From Smithella sp. (GTDB lineage: Bacteria; Desulfobacterota; Syntrophia; Syntrophales; Smithellaceae): a DNA stretch of 64,000 bases. Positions 63,305 through 64,000 of the stretch are shown piece by piece (the first letter of the stretch is position 1; each line of letters opens with the position of its first letter). The position numbers and the translations under genes are program-made. The notes beneath the pieces are model-generated. The model worked only from the letters and a program-made list of their open reading frames with translations, made no database searches and was not told the origin of the DNA. The stretch covers positions 3,270 through 67,269 of the forward strand of contig DATKPG010000007.1 of assembly GCA_035524255.1 (NCBI GenBank), in the 5' to 3' direction.

Positions 63305-64000
63305 ATGCCGCGCGAAAAAATCGCCGCACTTGTTATCTTTTCCGCTTTTGTCTCTACCTTCCTTTGCGCACTGCCCGTCCGGGCCGATGTAGAAGTGTTC
63401 GAACGGGAATACACCTATCAGGCAACCAAAATCGACACCAAAGAATCCTCCAGGGCAATTGCTCTGGAGCAGGTCAAGAATCAACTCCTGGATGAATTGG
63501 GCATTTACGTGGAAAGCACGTCGGTTGTGGAAAATGATCAGATACAAAAAAATGAAATCAAGGTCCTGACCGCGGGAATTGTCAAGACGGATATTCTGGA
63601 TGAAAAGTGGGACGGCTCCAAGTACTGGATCAAAGTAAAGCTGGAAGCCGATCCGAACGACGTGGCAAAATCGATAGCCGAACTCCGCAAGAATCAGGAG
63701 ATGGTCAAGGAGCTCGAACAGACCAAAAAGGATAAAGAAAGCGCTCTTCAGGAAATCGATAATCTGAAAGCCCAGCTTGCCTCTTCGCAGGAGGATATCA
63801 CCGCGCAGAAACAGCAATATAACACCGCGGTCAATAATCTGGTTGCCGCCGATGTGAAGGGAAACGGCGACACGGCAATGATCTACGGCGATTATGATGC
63901 CGCCGCGGCTTCTTATACGCAGGTCGTTGAAATGCAGCCCACTAATGCAGTCGCCTTTTATAACCTGGGCATTGTCTATATCTATCTGGGAAACTACACC
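63305..64000 (+). CDS. Secreted coiled-coil/TPR protein, 3'-truncated by the window edge (absent from the supplied ORF track)
   Basis: My translation from ATG 63305 (AAGGGA 8 nt upstream, in-frame TAA at 63290) runs 232 codons to the window end without a stop. It reads MPREKIAALVIFSAFVSTFLCALPVRA|DVEVFEREYTY...KELEQTKKDKESALQEIDNLKAQLASSQEDI...AFYNLGIVYIYLGNY, i.e. signal peptide, coiled coil, then TPR start. Confidence 0.7.
   Translation, partial: MPREKIAALVIFSAFVSTFLCALPVRADVEVFEREYTYQATKIDTKESSRAIALEQVKNQLLDELGIYVESTSVVENDQIQKNEIKVLTAGIVKTDILDEKWDGSKYWIKVKLEADPNDVAKSIAELRKNQEMVKELEQTKKDKESALQEIDNLKAQLASSQEDITAQKQQYNTAVNNLVAADVKGNGDTAMIYGDYDAAAASYTQVVEMQPTNAVAFYNLGIVYIYLGNYT

Noticed and set aside
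63230-63817. 195-aa minus-strand ORF at the right edge
   Set aside because: The opposite strand carries an open-ended ORF with signal peptide, coiled coil and TPR. The minus ORF looks like its shadow.

Overview
64-kb window of a bacterial chromosome with moderate GC. Gene content and repeat style suggest a Desulfobacterota-like anaerobe, but taxonomy cannot be proven from this sequence. No rRNA, tRNA or CRISPR array was recognised. Left to right: (1) a Big_1-repeat adhesin lipoprotein and an L,D-transpeptidase. (2) A type IV pilus assembly operon in MSHA-like order: PilM/PilN fusion, PilO-like, PilP/GspC-like, secretin, ExeA/MshM-like ATPase, and a GspE/MshE-type ATPase whose N-terminus fits the MshEN c-di-GMP-binding motif, then a PilC/GspF platform. 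Next come a fossil copy of the pilC 3' end and three tandem major-pilin genes. (3) A 17-kb uninterrupted minus-strand block with four TMTC/PMT-like GT-C membrane glycosyltransferases fused to TPR domains, a flippase-like UPF0104 membrane protein, a SAM methyltransferase, a DegT aminotransferase, a sugar-1-P nucleotidyltransferase, an SDR dehydratase/epimerase, a GT4, a Gfo/Idh/MocA-acetyltransferase fusion and a membrane-anchored GT2. (4) A divergent minor-pilin operon whose two largest products carry carbohydrate-binding-like modules. (5) A housekeeping stretch (pepA, oppD/F-like ATPases, csp, miaA, panB, tilS, ftsH, folP, acpS, tsaE, lysC, comEA). It is interrupted by a Y1 (HUH) transposase-like gene bracketed by 24-bp inverted repeats, a visibly AT-rich island holding a KAP/PifA-family NTPase split by one in-frame TGA, and two thickets of REP-like hairpin repeats bracketing a two-gene module. 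Main hypothesis: the pilin genes plus the embedded island form an undescribed pilus glycosylation system in which TMTC-like GT-C/TPR enzymes use a lipid-linked modified amino sugar. All calls rest on reading the ORF translations and the DNA by eye. No database search, HMM or GC computation was run.
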